DNA of 36,851 bases from a virus (taxonomy: Duplodnaviria > Caudoviricetes): positions 1 through 36,851 of IMG/VR virus record IMGVR_UViG_3300033434_000014; one strand, 5' to 3'. Each line of letters begins with the position of its first letter. Position 1 is the stretch's first letter. Below are positions 26,165 through 34,073 of the stretch, in pieces. The notes under the pieces were generated by a model, which searched no databases, was not told the DNA's origin, and saw nothing but the letters and a program-made list of their open reading frames with translations. The position numbers and the translations under genes were made by a program.

Positions 26165-27141
26165 GGTGCTATCATCCCCTTCATTTCTTCTATCTTTTCA
26201 AGGGCCTTTTGGATTACTTCAACCGGCAACCCTTCCTGCTTGGCAATCGTTTCGACAATATCATTAATAGGTACGACTGCCTTTTCTCCGGTGCCGGTCT
26301 GGATTAATGCTGCAAACTCTGACATAGCATACTCCCGACGATCATCAGCCTCGATCTTAGACCGGTCAAGTACCTCGTTCCCCGGCTTAGCACACTTAAG
26401 GGGTACGAGTTCAATGTCTCTTGTTTCGGTGTCAATTACAGCTACTTGGATAGCTCGCTCTAGTGCCTCTGTGCTTGCGCTTGATCTGAGTAGGCTACCC
26501 GGATTGCAGAATACCTTGCCGTCTTTACGCTTGTAGACTCCATATCCCGTGTGGCAGTGACCTGTGAGAATTATATCAGCATTTGTTTCTACATCTTGGA
26601 CCAGCGTATAGCGGTCAAATGGTGGTACGTGATCAAGTAAAAGCCCATGCGCTACGTGGATTCTAAGCCACCTGTCATTTGGTGGGTCAAGCTGCTGACC
26701 GTAGCCATACCCACCAATATCCATCTTGCTGGTATAAGGTTCAAAAGTAATCCATACCCGTTCTCCAGGTAGGTTGATACCGTAACCACGATGACGAAAA
26801 ATACCATAAACCTGTAGCTGAGGTACTAACATTTCCAGCAAACAAAGGCTAGTACGCTCGTAGGTATCCAGGTTGTAAGAAAACAAATCATGATTCCCTA
26901 TCGTGCTGTAAATAGGTACAGGCGAATTACTAAGCAGCTTCGTGAATTCCAGCAGCACACTAATGGACACTTCCGGCCTGTCAAACACGTCACCAGGACA
27001 AATTATCGCTTCAGCCTTTACTTCTTTTGCAATTTCGAAAACCTCTTGGATTTTTGCTTTTGCAGCTTCTTTGTAATCGTCAATACGGTTGCGGGGGTTA
27101 CTACCCCTTATATGCCAGTCCCCCGTAAATAACAGTTTAAT
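26161..27141 (-). CDS. SbcD/Mre11-like metallophosphoesterase nuclease; ATT start
   Basis: Extension to ATT 27141 adds KLLFTGDWH (motif I) and GDVFD; also GNHD, AHG, GHCH, NPGSL.R. Confidence 0.9.
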   Translation of the reverse strand: MKLLFTGDWHIRGSNPRNRIDDYKEAAKAKIQEVFEIAKEVKAEAIICPGDVFDRPEVSISVLLEFTKLLSNSPVPIYSTIGNHDLFSYNLDTYERTSLCLLEMLVPQLQVYGIFRHRGYGINLPGERVWITFEPYTSKMDIGGYGYGQQLDPPNDRWLRIHVAHGLLLDHVPPFDRYTLVQDVETNADIILTGHCHTGYGVYKRKDGKVFCNPGSLLRSSASTEALERAIQVAVIDTETRDIELVPLKCAKPGNEVLDRSKIEADDRREYAMSEFAALIQTGTGEKAVVPINDIVETIAKQEGLPVEVIQKALEKIEEMKGMIAP

Positions 27142-27349
27142 GGCTGTTCACCCCCTGCTCTATACTGTTTAGCACATCTTTGCTGGCAACTATAGCGCAG
27201 TTTCCTTTTTGGTCAAGCGCGCTATCTCCGCAATCCGTATAGGGAACCCACCAAGCGCACTTTTCTTTAATACAAACGTGTATATCAAGACCGTCTTTCA
27301 GCAGCTTAAAGGTTAAAGGGCAGAACTTTTTGCCAATTTTTTTCTCCAT
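27137..27349 (-). CDS. Small Cys-rich phage protein
   Basis: KFCPL..CIKEKCAWW..CAI; GGAGGG RBS. Confidence 0.7.
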   Translation of the reverse strand: MEKKIGKKFCPLTFKLLKDGLDIHVCIKEKCAWWVPYTDCGDSALDQKGNCAIVASKDVLNSIEQGVNSH

Positions 27350-27576
27350 TTAGAGTTACCCCTCCGTTCACCTCTTGGTTTAAGAACACCGTCAATATGC
27401 TCTTTGCAACGGTACTTACCGTTCGCGCCCTTGATTAAGGTAGCACCGCCTACTGATGCCCCGGTTAAACCCAAACGCGACTTACCTGCCCCGCACTGCT
27501 CACACGTGATAAAGCTAACCTGGTCACTGTAAACGAGATTCGTTAACTGTTTGTAGTTCTTAAACATCTTTTTCAA
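27313..27576 (-). CDS. Small zinc-finger-like basic protein
   Basis: CEQC..CKEH; GGGGTG RBS. Confidence 0.65.
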   Translation of the reverse strand: MKKMFKNYKQLTNLVYSDQVSFITCEQCGAGKSRLGLTGASVGGATLIKGANGKYRCKEHIDGVLKPRGERRGNSKWRKKLAKSSAL

Positions 27577-27595
27577 ATAAATCCACCCCTTAAAA

Positions 27596-27955
27596 TTAAT
27601 CTAAATATGGCTCACGAATATAGAATGAGAATCCTTTACCGTCTGACATTTTACCGAAACCTTCCAGCTTGTTGGAGTACCAATTGTTGCCTGTATTAAA
27701 TTGTTTTCTTAGGTATTCTCTTACCTCGTCTTCGGTCTTCGTGGAATAAGCTTCGTATTTAGTAACACGATCTTTGCACTTACCGCCTGTGCTGCTTCCG
27801 CGTACTATCCACACACCACTTTCAGAGAAGTTTTTAAAAGGCACACAAGGATCTGTGGAGCAGTCACGGTTACACATTATACTCCCGGCCAATTGACAAT
27901 TGAAAGATTGATCATTAATACAGAGCTCTGGATATCGTGGTTTTTCTTCTTGCAT
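27596..27955 (-). CDS. Hypothetical protein, paralog of 27986-28336
   Basis: Shared YPE.CI.D, EVREYL..FN, GFSF..EPY.D. Confidence 0.75.
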   Translation of the reverse strand: MQEEKPRYPELCINDQSFNCQLAGSIMCNRDCSTDPCVPFKNFSESGVWIVRGSSTGGKCKDRVTKYEAYSTKTEDEVREYLRKQFNTGNNWYSNKLEGFGKMSDGKGFSFYIREPYLD

Positions 27956-27967
27956 AATTTTATCCCC

Positions 27968-27984
27968 TTTCACTTTTCGTGTAA
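27968..27984. repeat. 17-bp dispersed palindrome, exact
   Basis: TTTCAC TTTTC GTGTAA, intergenic, next to an RBS. Confidence 0.85.
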
Positions 27985-27985
27985 T

Positions 27986-28336
27986 TTAATCCCGGTAAGG
28001 TTCAACAACATCAAAACTAAAACCGCCGTCTACAGCTTTTAAGTTCTCCACGCTTTTAGGTACAACCGTCGATTTAGCGTTAAAGTACCGCTGTAGATAC
28101 TCGCGAACTTCGGACTCTGGCTTTGTAGTCTTAACGCTCCATTGGGATATCGTATCCCCATTACCATACGTACGATTACCGTTAAGCGTCAACAGTATAC
28201 CGGATTTCTGGTACTCCCTGATCACTCTGCAAGGCATACTCTCGCATGGACGAGTACGGGTTACTTGGTACTTGTAGAGATAACACGGTACTTCTTTGTC
28301 ATGAATACAATTCTCTGGGTAAAGTTCTCTTTCCAT
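27986..28336 (-). CDS. Hypothetical protein, paralog of 27596-27955
   Basis: Shared YPE.CI.D, EVREYL..FN, GFSF..EPY.D. Confidence 0.75.
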   Translation of the reverse strand: MERELYPENCIHDKEVPCYLYKYQVTRTRPCESMPCRVIREYQKSGILLTLNGNRTYGNGDTISQWSVKTTKPESEVREYLQRYFNAKSTVVPKSVENLKAVDGGFSFDVVEPYRD

Positions 28337-28351
28337 TTGATCACGCCTTTC

Positions 28352-28612
28352 TTATTTATAGTGTATAGTGTACGTCTCCACAATTGCATCAGGTGGGAAT
28401 GCGCTGAACTTGCTAGGAAAGTCGCCCACATCGTCCACATACGCATTACTGATAGCCGCTCTTTTAATACTGGCGAAAGGAACATCTGGATTACCACGCC
28501 CCAGCTTATACCATTCATAAGCCTTGATAGAATGACCTTCCACCTGTTTTTTATCGTCCACGTAGATCGCTTCCCACTCGTCACTGAACGCTAAAATGAT
28601 TTCTTTTGGCAC
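28352..28612 (-). CDS. Hypothetical acidic protein
   Basis: GGAGGGG RBS before GTG 28612. Confidence 0.65.
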   Translation of the reverse strand: MPKEIILAFSDEWEAIYVDDKKQVEGHSIKAYEWYKLGRGNPDVPFASIKRAAISNAYVDDVGDFPSKFSAFPPDAIVETYTIHYK

Positions 28613-28625
28613 GTTTAACCCCTCC

Positions 28626-29270
28626 TTATAGTGTTGTGATCTTGCTGACCCCACTAATCTGCGATACACCTAGTGAAAGCTCTCCTATAGCAGCAAGTGA
28701 GCCGTTATGCGTGATAAGAAAAATCTGTCTAGCGAATCTTTCACTGTACTGCTTTAAGAAGTAGCCGACATTTGCCGCGTACTCAGCACTAACCATCTTG
28801 CCTATTTCGTCCATGAACAAAGGCCCTTCAACTCCGGCCAGTTCGCTAATCGCTAAGCGTAACGCGATAGTAATAACATCGACGATCCCACCACCCCTAT
28901 CGTAATCGGGGGGCTTTAACTGAGTAACAATACCATCACTTTCCAGCCAGTAGGTGGCCTCCGGCCGGTTCCCTCTCACGTCAAGCTGTATACGAAACAC
29001 GTAATTCTTTTCAAAGACCACGGATAATGCTGACGTAACAATTTCTTCTATACGTGATTTAGCCTGCTGCCGTGCGAAGTCCGAAGTCTTTTGTAGTAAG
29101 ATCTGAACTAAGTCGAAAACGCCTAGTTCTATTTCGGCTTTCGTTTTCTTGTCAACAGCTTCTTGTAACTGCTGGTCAAGCAAATCTTTTTGCCCCTGCC
29201 GTGCTGCTACTTTCTTGTCAGCCTGCTGAACATCGAAGTGAATTTTATTTACTCGGTAGGTGTTAATCAT
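28626..29270 (-). CDS. C-terminal half of a split SbcC/Rad50-like ABC ATPase
   Basis: Coiled coil, signature-like RGGG, Walker B LFMDE, H-loop LITH; no Walker A. Confidence 0.85.
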   Translation of the reverse strand: MINTYRVNKIHFDVQQADKKVAARQGQKDLLDQQLQEAVDKKTKAEIELGVFDLVQILLQKTSDFARQQAKSRIEEIVTSALSVVFEKNYVFRIQLDVRGNRPEATYWLESDGIVTQLKPPDYDRGGGIVDVITIALRLAISELAGVEGPLFMDEIGKMVSAEYAANVGYFLKQYSERFARQIFLITHNGSLAAIGELSLGVSQISGVSKITTL

Positions 29271-29484
29271 TTGAGCTACGGCCTTTACCAAAAATATCTT
29301 TCAGAATCATTAGTATAAGGGAAACCCCTACAGCTTGCGGCCAACTTAAGCTATAGCCCGTATTAAACACAAACAAGATAAAATTCCACAGATAGTAGTT
29401 AATAACCACAGCTAAACCGAAACAAGCTACAGCTAATCCACAGACACAAATAGAGGCCCCTATCAATGCTATCAACTTACTCAT
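29263..29484 (-). CDS. Small membrane protein
   Basis: Two hydrophobic segments; GGAGGTG RBS. Confidence 0.7.
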   Translation of the reverse strand: MSKLIALIGASICVCGLAVACFGLAVVINYYLWNFILFVFNTGYSLSWPQAVGVSLILMILKDIFGKGRSSND

Positions 29485-29487
29485 TTA

Positions 29488-29724
29488 CTACACCTCCGGT
29501 ATCAAACTTTCCACCTGCTGTAAATCTGCTTCAATTGCCGCTTCCAACTTCTCAATCTCCGCTGCAATCGTTTCCGGAGTAACCCCCTGTTCAGTCATCT
29601 GCTTAACGACTTCAGCCTGCTGCTGCTCGGCATTCTGCAGATTTGTTTCTGCTACGGTACGCGCTTTCTCCGCGTTAGCGAGTTTCGTTTTTGCTGTTTC
29701 AATACGGGTTTTTACATCTTCCAT
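29488..29724 (-). CDS. Small coiled-coil protein associated with the split SbcC
   Basis: Helix-GVTPE-helix hairpin; strong RBS. Confidence 0.75.
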   Translation of the reverse strand: MEDVKTRIETAKTKLANAEKARTVAETNLQNAEQQQAEVVKQMTEQGVTPETIAAEIEKLEAAIEADLQQVESLIPEV

Positions 29725-29739
29725 TTACATATCCCCTTT

Positions 29740-30009
29740 TTATAATTTTTCAAATTCTTCTTTAAGCTCTTCAAGTTTACCCATAACAGCTTCCGCAATC
29801 AATGGAGCAAATAGTGCATAAGCCTCGTCACTACCCAGCCCACCGCGACCAGCACCTAACGTAGGATTAGTGCTGCCTGATAAAACAATGTACAGCCCTT
29901 CAGCTTTACCTAGCCCGTATAAAGCACCATCTAACTGCATTATCTTACCGCGAAGTTCCTGAGCCTTGTTCACCTTACTTTGTAAGTATTCAAGTGCTTT
30001 GTCATCCAT
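29740..30009 (-). CDS. Hypothetical phage protein
   Basis: GGGGAGG RBS; coupled. Confidence 0.7.
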   Translation of the reverse strand: MDDKALEYLQSKVNKAQELRGKIMQLDGALYGLGKAEGLYIVLSGSTNPTLGAGRGGLGSDEAYALFAPLIAEAVMGKLEELKEEFEKL

Positions 30010-31564
30010 TGCAAATTTCCTCCCCTATCATCTGCCCGCAAGTAGGGCATACGTCAATTTCTTTCCACATTTCGTGTAGCTCTTTTTTAGCAGTAGCTAA
30101 CGAATCACTATGTACCGTCAACCGTGAACTAGCTACAATTGCTTCTGCATTACGGGCTTTATACTCTTCTTGCAGCTTCTTAAAAACCATAAGTGTACTC
30201 TGTTTTACGCTCATGGTTTTTAAGGCCTCTGCTGCCTGACTTAGCCCCGCTGTAGTACTTACGGTATCCGAACACTGCTTCATTCGTGTACAGGCTACGT
30301 TGTACTGCGCTCTCATAATTCTAAACTGCTGTAAGCGTTCCAACATAACTTCTGACTTTTTAAGAGTTTCGATTACACTATGGTCAACCGCTGTAGACTC
30401 AATTAGAGCCTTATAGCGCGCCACACCCTGAGCTGAGGAAGTATGTGTCCCCACTAAGTTTTGAAGTAACTGTGACCGTGTTATGGCGGCCTCTGTATGA
30501 GCTAACCTGTCTATCGCTTTTGGTAGGTTGATTGTACTGTTTATTACAGCTTTGTTGATATCAATTTCCTGGGAGCCGAATCTATGAAGACCGGCAAGCT
30601 TTTTGATTGTTACCAGTTTCTCATTGTTGACAACTACCTGACTAAGCGTACTTTTAATAGAAGGAAGAAGCGAGTACCGCCCTATTTCGTTTACCAAATT
30701 CGTACGCTGTAAACAGTTATCGGTAAACCTACACAATAAGTTTTTCCAGTTACTGAGTTTTGTAGAGCAATCGTCTACAGCTTTTAATGACTCTTGCAGC
30801 TTCTTAACATTGCGGAACCGTAGCACGAATTCCGTGTACCCGCTGACCTTAGCCGCTAAACTACTGTAAGTATCCCGTAATTCTGCTACCACTTTATACT
30901 TTACTGACTTAGCGTCCACACGTTCAAGCAAAACGCCACATACATGTAACTGCTCAACCTGCTGGGGAAGATCGTAGAACTGCGCTAATGCTGCTTCGGT
31001 TTTCTCAATATCTTTTATAGACTGTAACCGCTGCTGATTTGCCGCATAGTTGTCTTTAGCTACAGCTTTGATAGCCATATCAACTACTTCAGTACCCGAC
31101 AGCTTGCCAAGAACTTTAGCCCCTGCGGATGACGGTTCACTTAATAGAAAAGGAGCGGCTAATTGATAAGCAAAGTTTAGCTCTGTCTCAAAGTCACCGA
31201 ACTGCGTTTTTACTATTCCGAGAGCTTTGATAATTTCCTCAGGCGTTTCGGCTTTGTCAAAAACCATGGGATCTTCACCGGGGTTTTCCAACGTATAGGA
31301 TGTCTTAGCGCCTTTACGCTGCTTCGTAACTACTGTCCCGGTAGTTAAGTGGATACTAACTTTAGTCTGTCCTATGGCTTTATTGACAAATGAGTCACCT
31401 GCCGGCTCTCCAAATACTACCCACCGGATAGCGCGAATAATAGCTGTCTTGCCCGAGTCACTTGGGCCTGTAATAACTGTTAGTCCAGGGCTTACACTAA
31501 TGGTGGAATCTACGTGAGACTGAAACCCTGTTAATTGAATTTCGTTAATCGTTGAATTATTCAC
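30002..31564 (-). CDS. N-terminal half of a split SbcC/Rad50-like ABC ATPase ending in a zinc hook
   Basis: FQSH, Walker A GPSDSGKT, Q-loop AYQ, long coiled coil, terminal CPTCGQ. Confidence 0.88.
   Translation of the reverse strand: MNNSTINEIQLTGFQSHVDSTISVSPGLTVITGPSDSGKTAIIRAIRWVVFGEPAGDSFVNKAIGQTKVSIHLTTGTVVTKQRKGAKTSYTLENPGEDPMVFDKAETPEEIIKALGIVKTQFGDFETELNFAYQLAAPFLLSEPSSAGAKVLGKLSGTEVVDMAIKAVAKDNYAANQQRLQSIKDIEKTEAALAQFYDLPQQVEQLHVCGVLLERVDAKSVKYKVVAELRDTYSSLAAKVSGYTEFVLRFRNVKKLQESLKAVDDCSTKLSNWKNLLCRFTDNCLQRTNLVNEIGRYSLLPSIKSTLSQVVVNNEKLVTIKKLAGLHRFGSQEIDINKAVINSTINLPKAIDRLAHTEAAITRSQLLQNLVGTHTSSAQGVARYKALIESTAVDHSVIETLKKSEVMLERLQQFRIMRAQYNVACTRMKQCSDTVSTTAGLSQAAEALKTMSVKQSTLMVFKKLQEEYKARNAEAIVASSRLTVHSDSLATAKKELHEMWKEIDVCPTCGQMIGEEICNG
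30063..30079. repeat. 17-bp dispersed palindrome, 1 mismatch
   Basis: TTCCAC ATTTC GTGTAG. Confidence 0.7.
31492..31508. repeat. 17-bp dispersed palindrome, exact
   Basis: TTACAC TAATG GTGGAA. Confidence 0.8.
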
Positions 31565-32693
31565 TTCGCGGCCCGCTCTTAACAGAAATTGAGTAACTCA
31601 TTAAAGGTACGTCAAATGTTTTTACCTTGCTCAAAGCTTGGTCAAACACCTTTTTTAACCAATCATAATCAGCACCACAGCCCTCTAGTGTGATACCTAT
31701 AGATGCTGTCGGTTGTGGGTATTTAACGCTACATACAGGCACACCCGTAAGTTCACGAACAGACTCTTCTGGCACAAACTTTGACGCAACCTTATTCCGT
31801 AAGTCTTCAAACTGTTTTTCTGGTGAATACCAAGGCTGTAAAGGAGCAACAGCAATTTCAATACTATCACCCTGAAACAACTCGCCTGATCTTCTCAGTT
31901 TTTTCTTAAAGTTACTGACAGTTCCTTGAAGACACCATGAAGCTTTACATATATCAACTACGGGCATACCTGTCGTTTTTAAAAGTTCTTTAGCTTTTTC
32001 GTGATCATCTACAACCTTAATCACTGTACCATCACTCTCCTTTAAGTACTCTCGCACTTTAGCCTCTATTTTTACCAGCACCCTTGAAACCTGTGGCTGA
32101 CTGATACCAACGTTAGAAGCAACTTCCCTTTGACTTAAGTCCTCTATGTAACGATTACGAAATACAGCTAGTTCTTTTTTGCTAAACTTTGCGCACATAT
32201 CACCAATGTTAAAAGTAGAGTCAAAGTCAACGTCAGATCCTAGTACATCCCTGCGCAAGATAATACCACCGTCGACACCGTCATTAACATGTTCATCCAT
32301 TGAAACAAGCAGAAGATTATTACCATAAGCCAGGGCTTCTAATACATTGGGTACGCTTATTTCTAATATGGCAGCTATGTCTTCCGGAGTCTTGTCTTTA
32401 ATACCATCATCCTTATTAATGAGATACCAGTTGTCTTTTACGGACCTTGTAAAGTGCACAGGATTATCGTCGCGTATGGCTCTCTGCAATTCACCATGAA
32501 TCATAGGCACCGCATAAGTAGAGAACTTAACACCGTACGAAACATCAAACTTTTTAGCGGCCTTTATTAGCCCAATATTACCCCAGCCAACTAAATCGTC
32601 CATGTCAAACCTATTCTGGAAACCACCTAAATATTTATGTATTGTGTAAGGAACTAACCTAAGATTAGCCTCTATCAGCGCGTTTACGTCCAT
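31557..32693 (-). CDS. SigF/SigG/SigB-like sigma factor with a ~150-aa C-terminal extension
   Basis: NLRLV, DDLVGWGNIGLIKA, KFSTYAVPMIHGEL, SQREVA..GISQPQVSR. Confidence 0.9.
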   Translation of the reverse strand: MDVNALIEANLRLVPYTIHKYLGGFQNRFDMDDLVGWGNIGLIKAAKKFDVSYGVKFSTYAVPMIHGELQRAIRDDNPVHFTRSVKDNWYLINKDDGIKDKTPEDIAAILEISVPNVLEALAYGNNLLLVSMDEHVNDGVDGGIILRRDVLGSDVDFDSTFNIGDMCAKFSKKELAVFRNRYIEDLSQREVASNVGISQPQVSRVLVKIEAKVREYLKESDGTVIKVVDDHEKAKELLKTTGMPVVDICKASWCLQGTVSNFKKKLRRSGELFQGDSIEIAVAPLQPWYSPEKQFEDLRNKVASKFVPEESVRELTGVPVCSVKYPQPTASIGITLEGCGADYDWLKKVFDQALSKVKTFDVPLMSYSISVKSGPRSE

Positions 32694-32697
32694 ACGC

Positions 32698-33102
32698 TTA
32701 TCTCTGTATATGTGCTGCAGCGTCTAAGGAATAGCCCAGCGTGTTAACTACCTGCGCTAATTGCGTAGGTGTAATGTCACGGGGTATCTGCTGTAGCCAC
32801 CCACTAGGTTTACCAATAACCGTGTTTAGTGTATCGGGATCAGTACCTGTTTTAATACAGTCAGCTAATGCACTTACAATTACCCGCTGCTCAGGTGTGA
32901 GATACTTACCAACCCCATAAAAGTCCCGTATCGGAATGCGCATCACGTCAGCTACAGCTTTTAAGTCCACCGCCGATATGTCGTTTCGGCCACTTTCGAT
33001 ATTTGACAACCAGCCTGTAGAACGGCCTAACTGCTTGTTCACATGCGTGGCTCGAATGCCGTGGGCTTTTCGGATTTCTTTGATTCGTGCTCCTATTGAC
33101 AT
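32698..33102 (-). CDS. XRE-family regulator with two tandem HTH-like repeats
   Basis: IGARIKEIRK..LGRSTGWLSNIESG and a second IGKPSGWLQQI..DITPTQL repeat. Confidence 0.8.
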   Translation of the reverse strand: MSIGARIKEIRKAHGIRATHVNKQLGRSTGWLSNIESGRNDISAVDLKAVADVMRIPIRDFYGVGKYLTPEQRVIVSALADCIKTGTDPDTLNTVIGKPSGWLQQIPRDITPTQLAQVVNTLGYSLDAAAHIQR

Positions 33103-33113
33103 TTTTTCTCCCC

Positions 33114-33166
33114 CTAAAAATAATTTACGCAGCGTGAAACATTTTAAACGTTTTGTGGTATAATAG
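33114..33166 (+). promoter_or_regulatory. Extended -10 promoter (TGGTATAAT; -10 at 33159-33164) with two degenerate 17-bp sites (33123-33139, 33144-33160); copy A of a duplicated block
   Basis: Manual alignment to 34074-34125 gives 43/52 identities plus one gap. Confidence 0.65.
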
Positions 33167-33211
33167 GTTTAATGATTTGATTTAAGAGGCTTGTTGGCCT
33201 TTAGCAATCAT

Positions 33212-33427
33212 TTACACTTCTTTCCTGTTAATTTCACTTTCTTCTAGCAATGTTTCAGCCGGTATACCGAAGAACTTAACTAACCGTTGCTGTAAATCCC
33301 ATCCTGGATTGTGTCTACAGATGATTATGTGACTAATCATCTGCCGACTAACGTCTGTTGCAGCGGCCACAGCGGCTTGAGTTAAACCGCGCCGAGTTAT
33401 TTCGTCCTCTAAGAATTGCCTTTTCAT
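33212..33427 (-). CDS. Cro-like XRE HTH protein
   Basis: RRGLTQAAVA..VSRQMISHI..NPG; GGAGGGGGTG RBS before ATG 33427. Confidence 0.85.
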   Translation of the reverse strand: MKRQFLEDEITRRGLTQAAVAAATDVSRQMISHIIICRHNPGWDLQQRLVKFFGIPAETLLEESEINRKEV

Positions 33428-33447
33428 TTCACCCCCTCCTTTCAATC

Positions 33448-33503
33448 AGCAAGCACCACTTGCTTCGTAGTCTTAGTATAAGGCAAGCATTGCTTGCCGT
33501 CAA
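33448..33503 (-). promoter_or_regulatory. Leftward sigma-A promoter TTGACG-17-TATACT with two 17-bp GCAAG-N5-CTTGC operators (33448-33464, 33482-33498)
   Basis: -35 at 33498-33503, -10 at 33475-33480; perfect palindrome GGCAAGCATTGCTTGCC in the spacer. Confidence 0.8.
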
Positions 33504-33513
33504 GAGGTGTTTT

Positions 33514-33741
33514 ATGTTTAATAAAAAACTTTTTTCTGACCGTATTAACCTACTAATTAATGCCAATAAAGTAACGCATCAAGCATTAGCAGATAGTGTT
33601 GGGATTAAGCGTCAGGCTGTAGGGCAATTTACAAATGGTAATAACCTACCATCTATCGAAACCCTTACAGCTTTGGCCTGCTTCTTCAACGTTAGCGTCG
33701 ACTACTTACTCGGCTTGTCCGATAAGCCGGAAAGGAGGTAA
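33514..33741 (+). CDS. XRE HTH repressor-like protein (75 aa)
   Basis: GAGGTG RBS before ATG 33514; THQALADSVGIKRQAV..PSIETL..FNVSVDYLLG. Confidence 0.88.
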   Translation: MFNKKLFSDRINLLINANKVTHQALADSVGIKRQAVGQFTNGNNLPSIETLTALACFFNVSVDYLLGLSDKPERR

Positions 33742-33748
33742 CGCAATA

Positions 33749-34063
33749 ATGAAAAACTTGCTGACTACTACACGTAATGCAGCGGCTGGTTTAGGGCGCT
33801 CGGTCGGTATTATTACGTACTTTTCTTTTGGGTTAATAGGCGCCGCAATACATCTTTGGACTATTTCATTAGCTTGGTATCACCTTGGGATTTTATCAGC
33901 CGTAGCAGCTCTTTGCCTCCCAGTAGTAGCACAAATAGCTATGTTCATATACTTATTAGTTGGCTTCAAAAGCTTTATCCTGTTCCACTACGTTATCATA
34001 ACGTTCCTGATAAGTTGGTTACTATTTATCACCTTAGTTAACAGGGTGCTAGACAAGGATTAA
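33749..34063 (+). CDS. Small multi-pass membrane protein (candidate superinfection exclusion)
   Basis: GGAGG RBS before ATG 33749; about three hydrophobic segments; co-oriented with the repressor. Confidence 0.7.
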   Translation: MKNLLTTTRNAAAGLGRSVGIITYFSFGLIGAAIHLWTISLAWYHLGILSAVAALCLPVVAQIAMFIYLLVGFKSFILFHYVIITFLISWLLFITLVNRVLDKD

Positions 34064-34073
34064 CAATTATTGA

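Noticed and set aside
28261-28584. Alternative-frame minus-strand 107-aa ORF as a second nested gene
   Set aside because: No RBS, spans two genes, and lacks recognisable protein architecture, unlike the 1868-2125 case.
253-33163. Numerous plus-strand ORFs of 60-150 aa in the ORF track
   Set aside because: They are antisense shadows of a tightly packed minus-strand operon, with no convincing RBS or motifs.
33358-33748. Long N-terminal extensions of ORFs 33358-33741 and 33635-34063
   Set aside because: They overlap other genes or operators; strong RBSs support ATG 33514 and ATG 33749.
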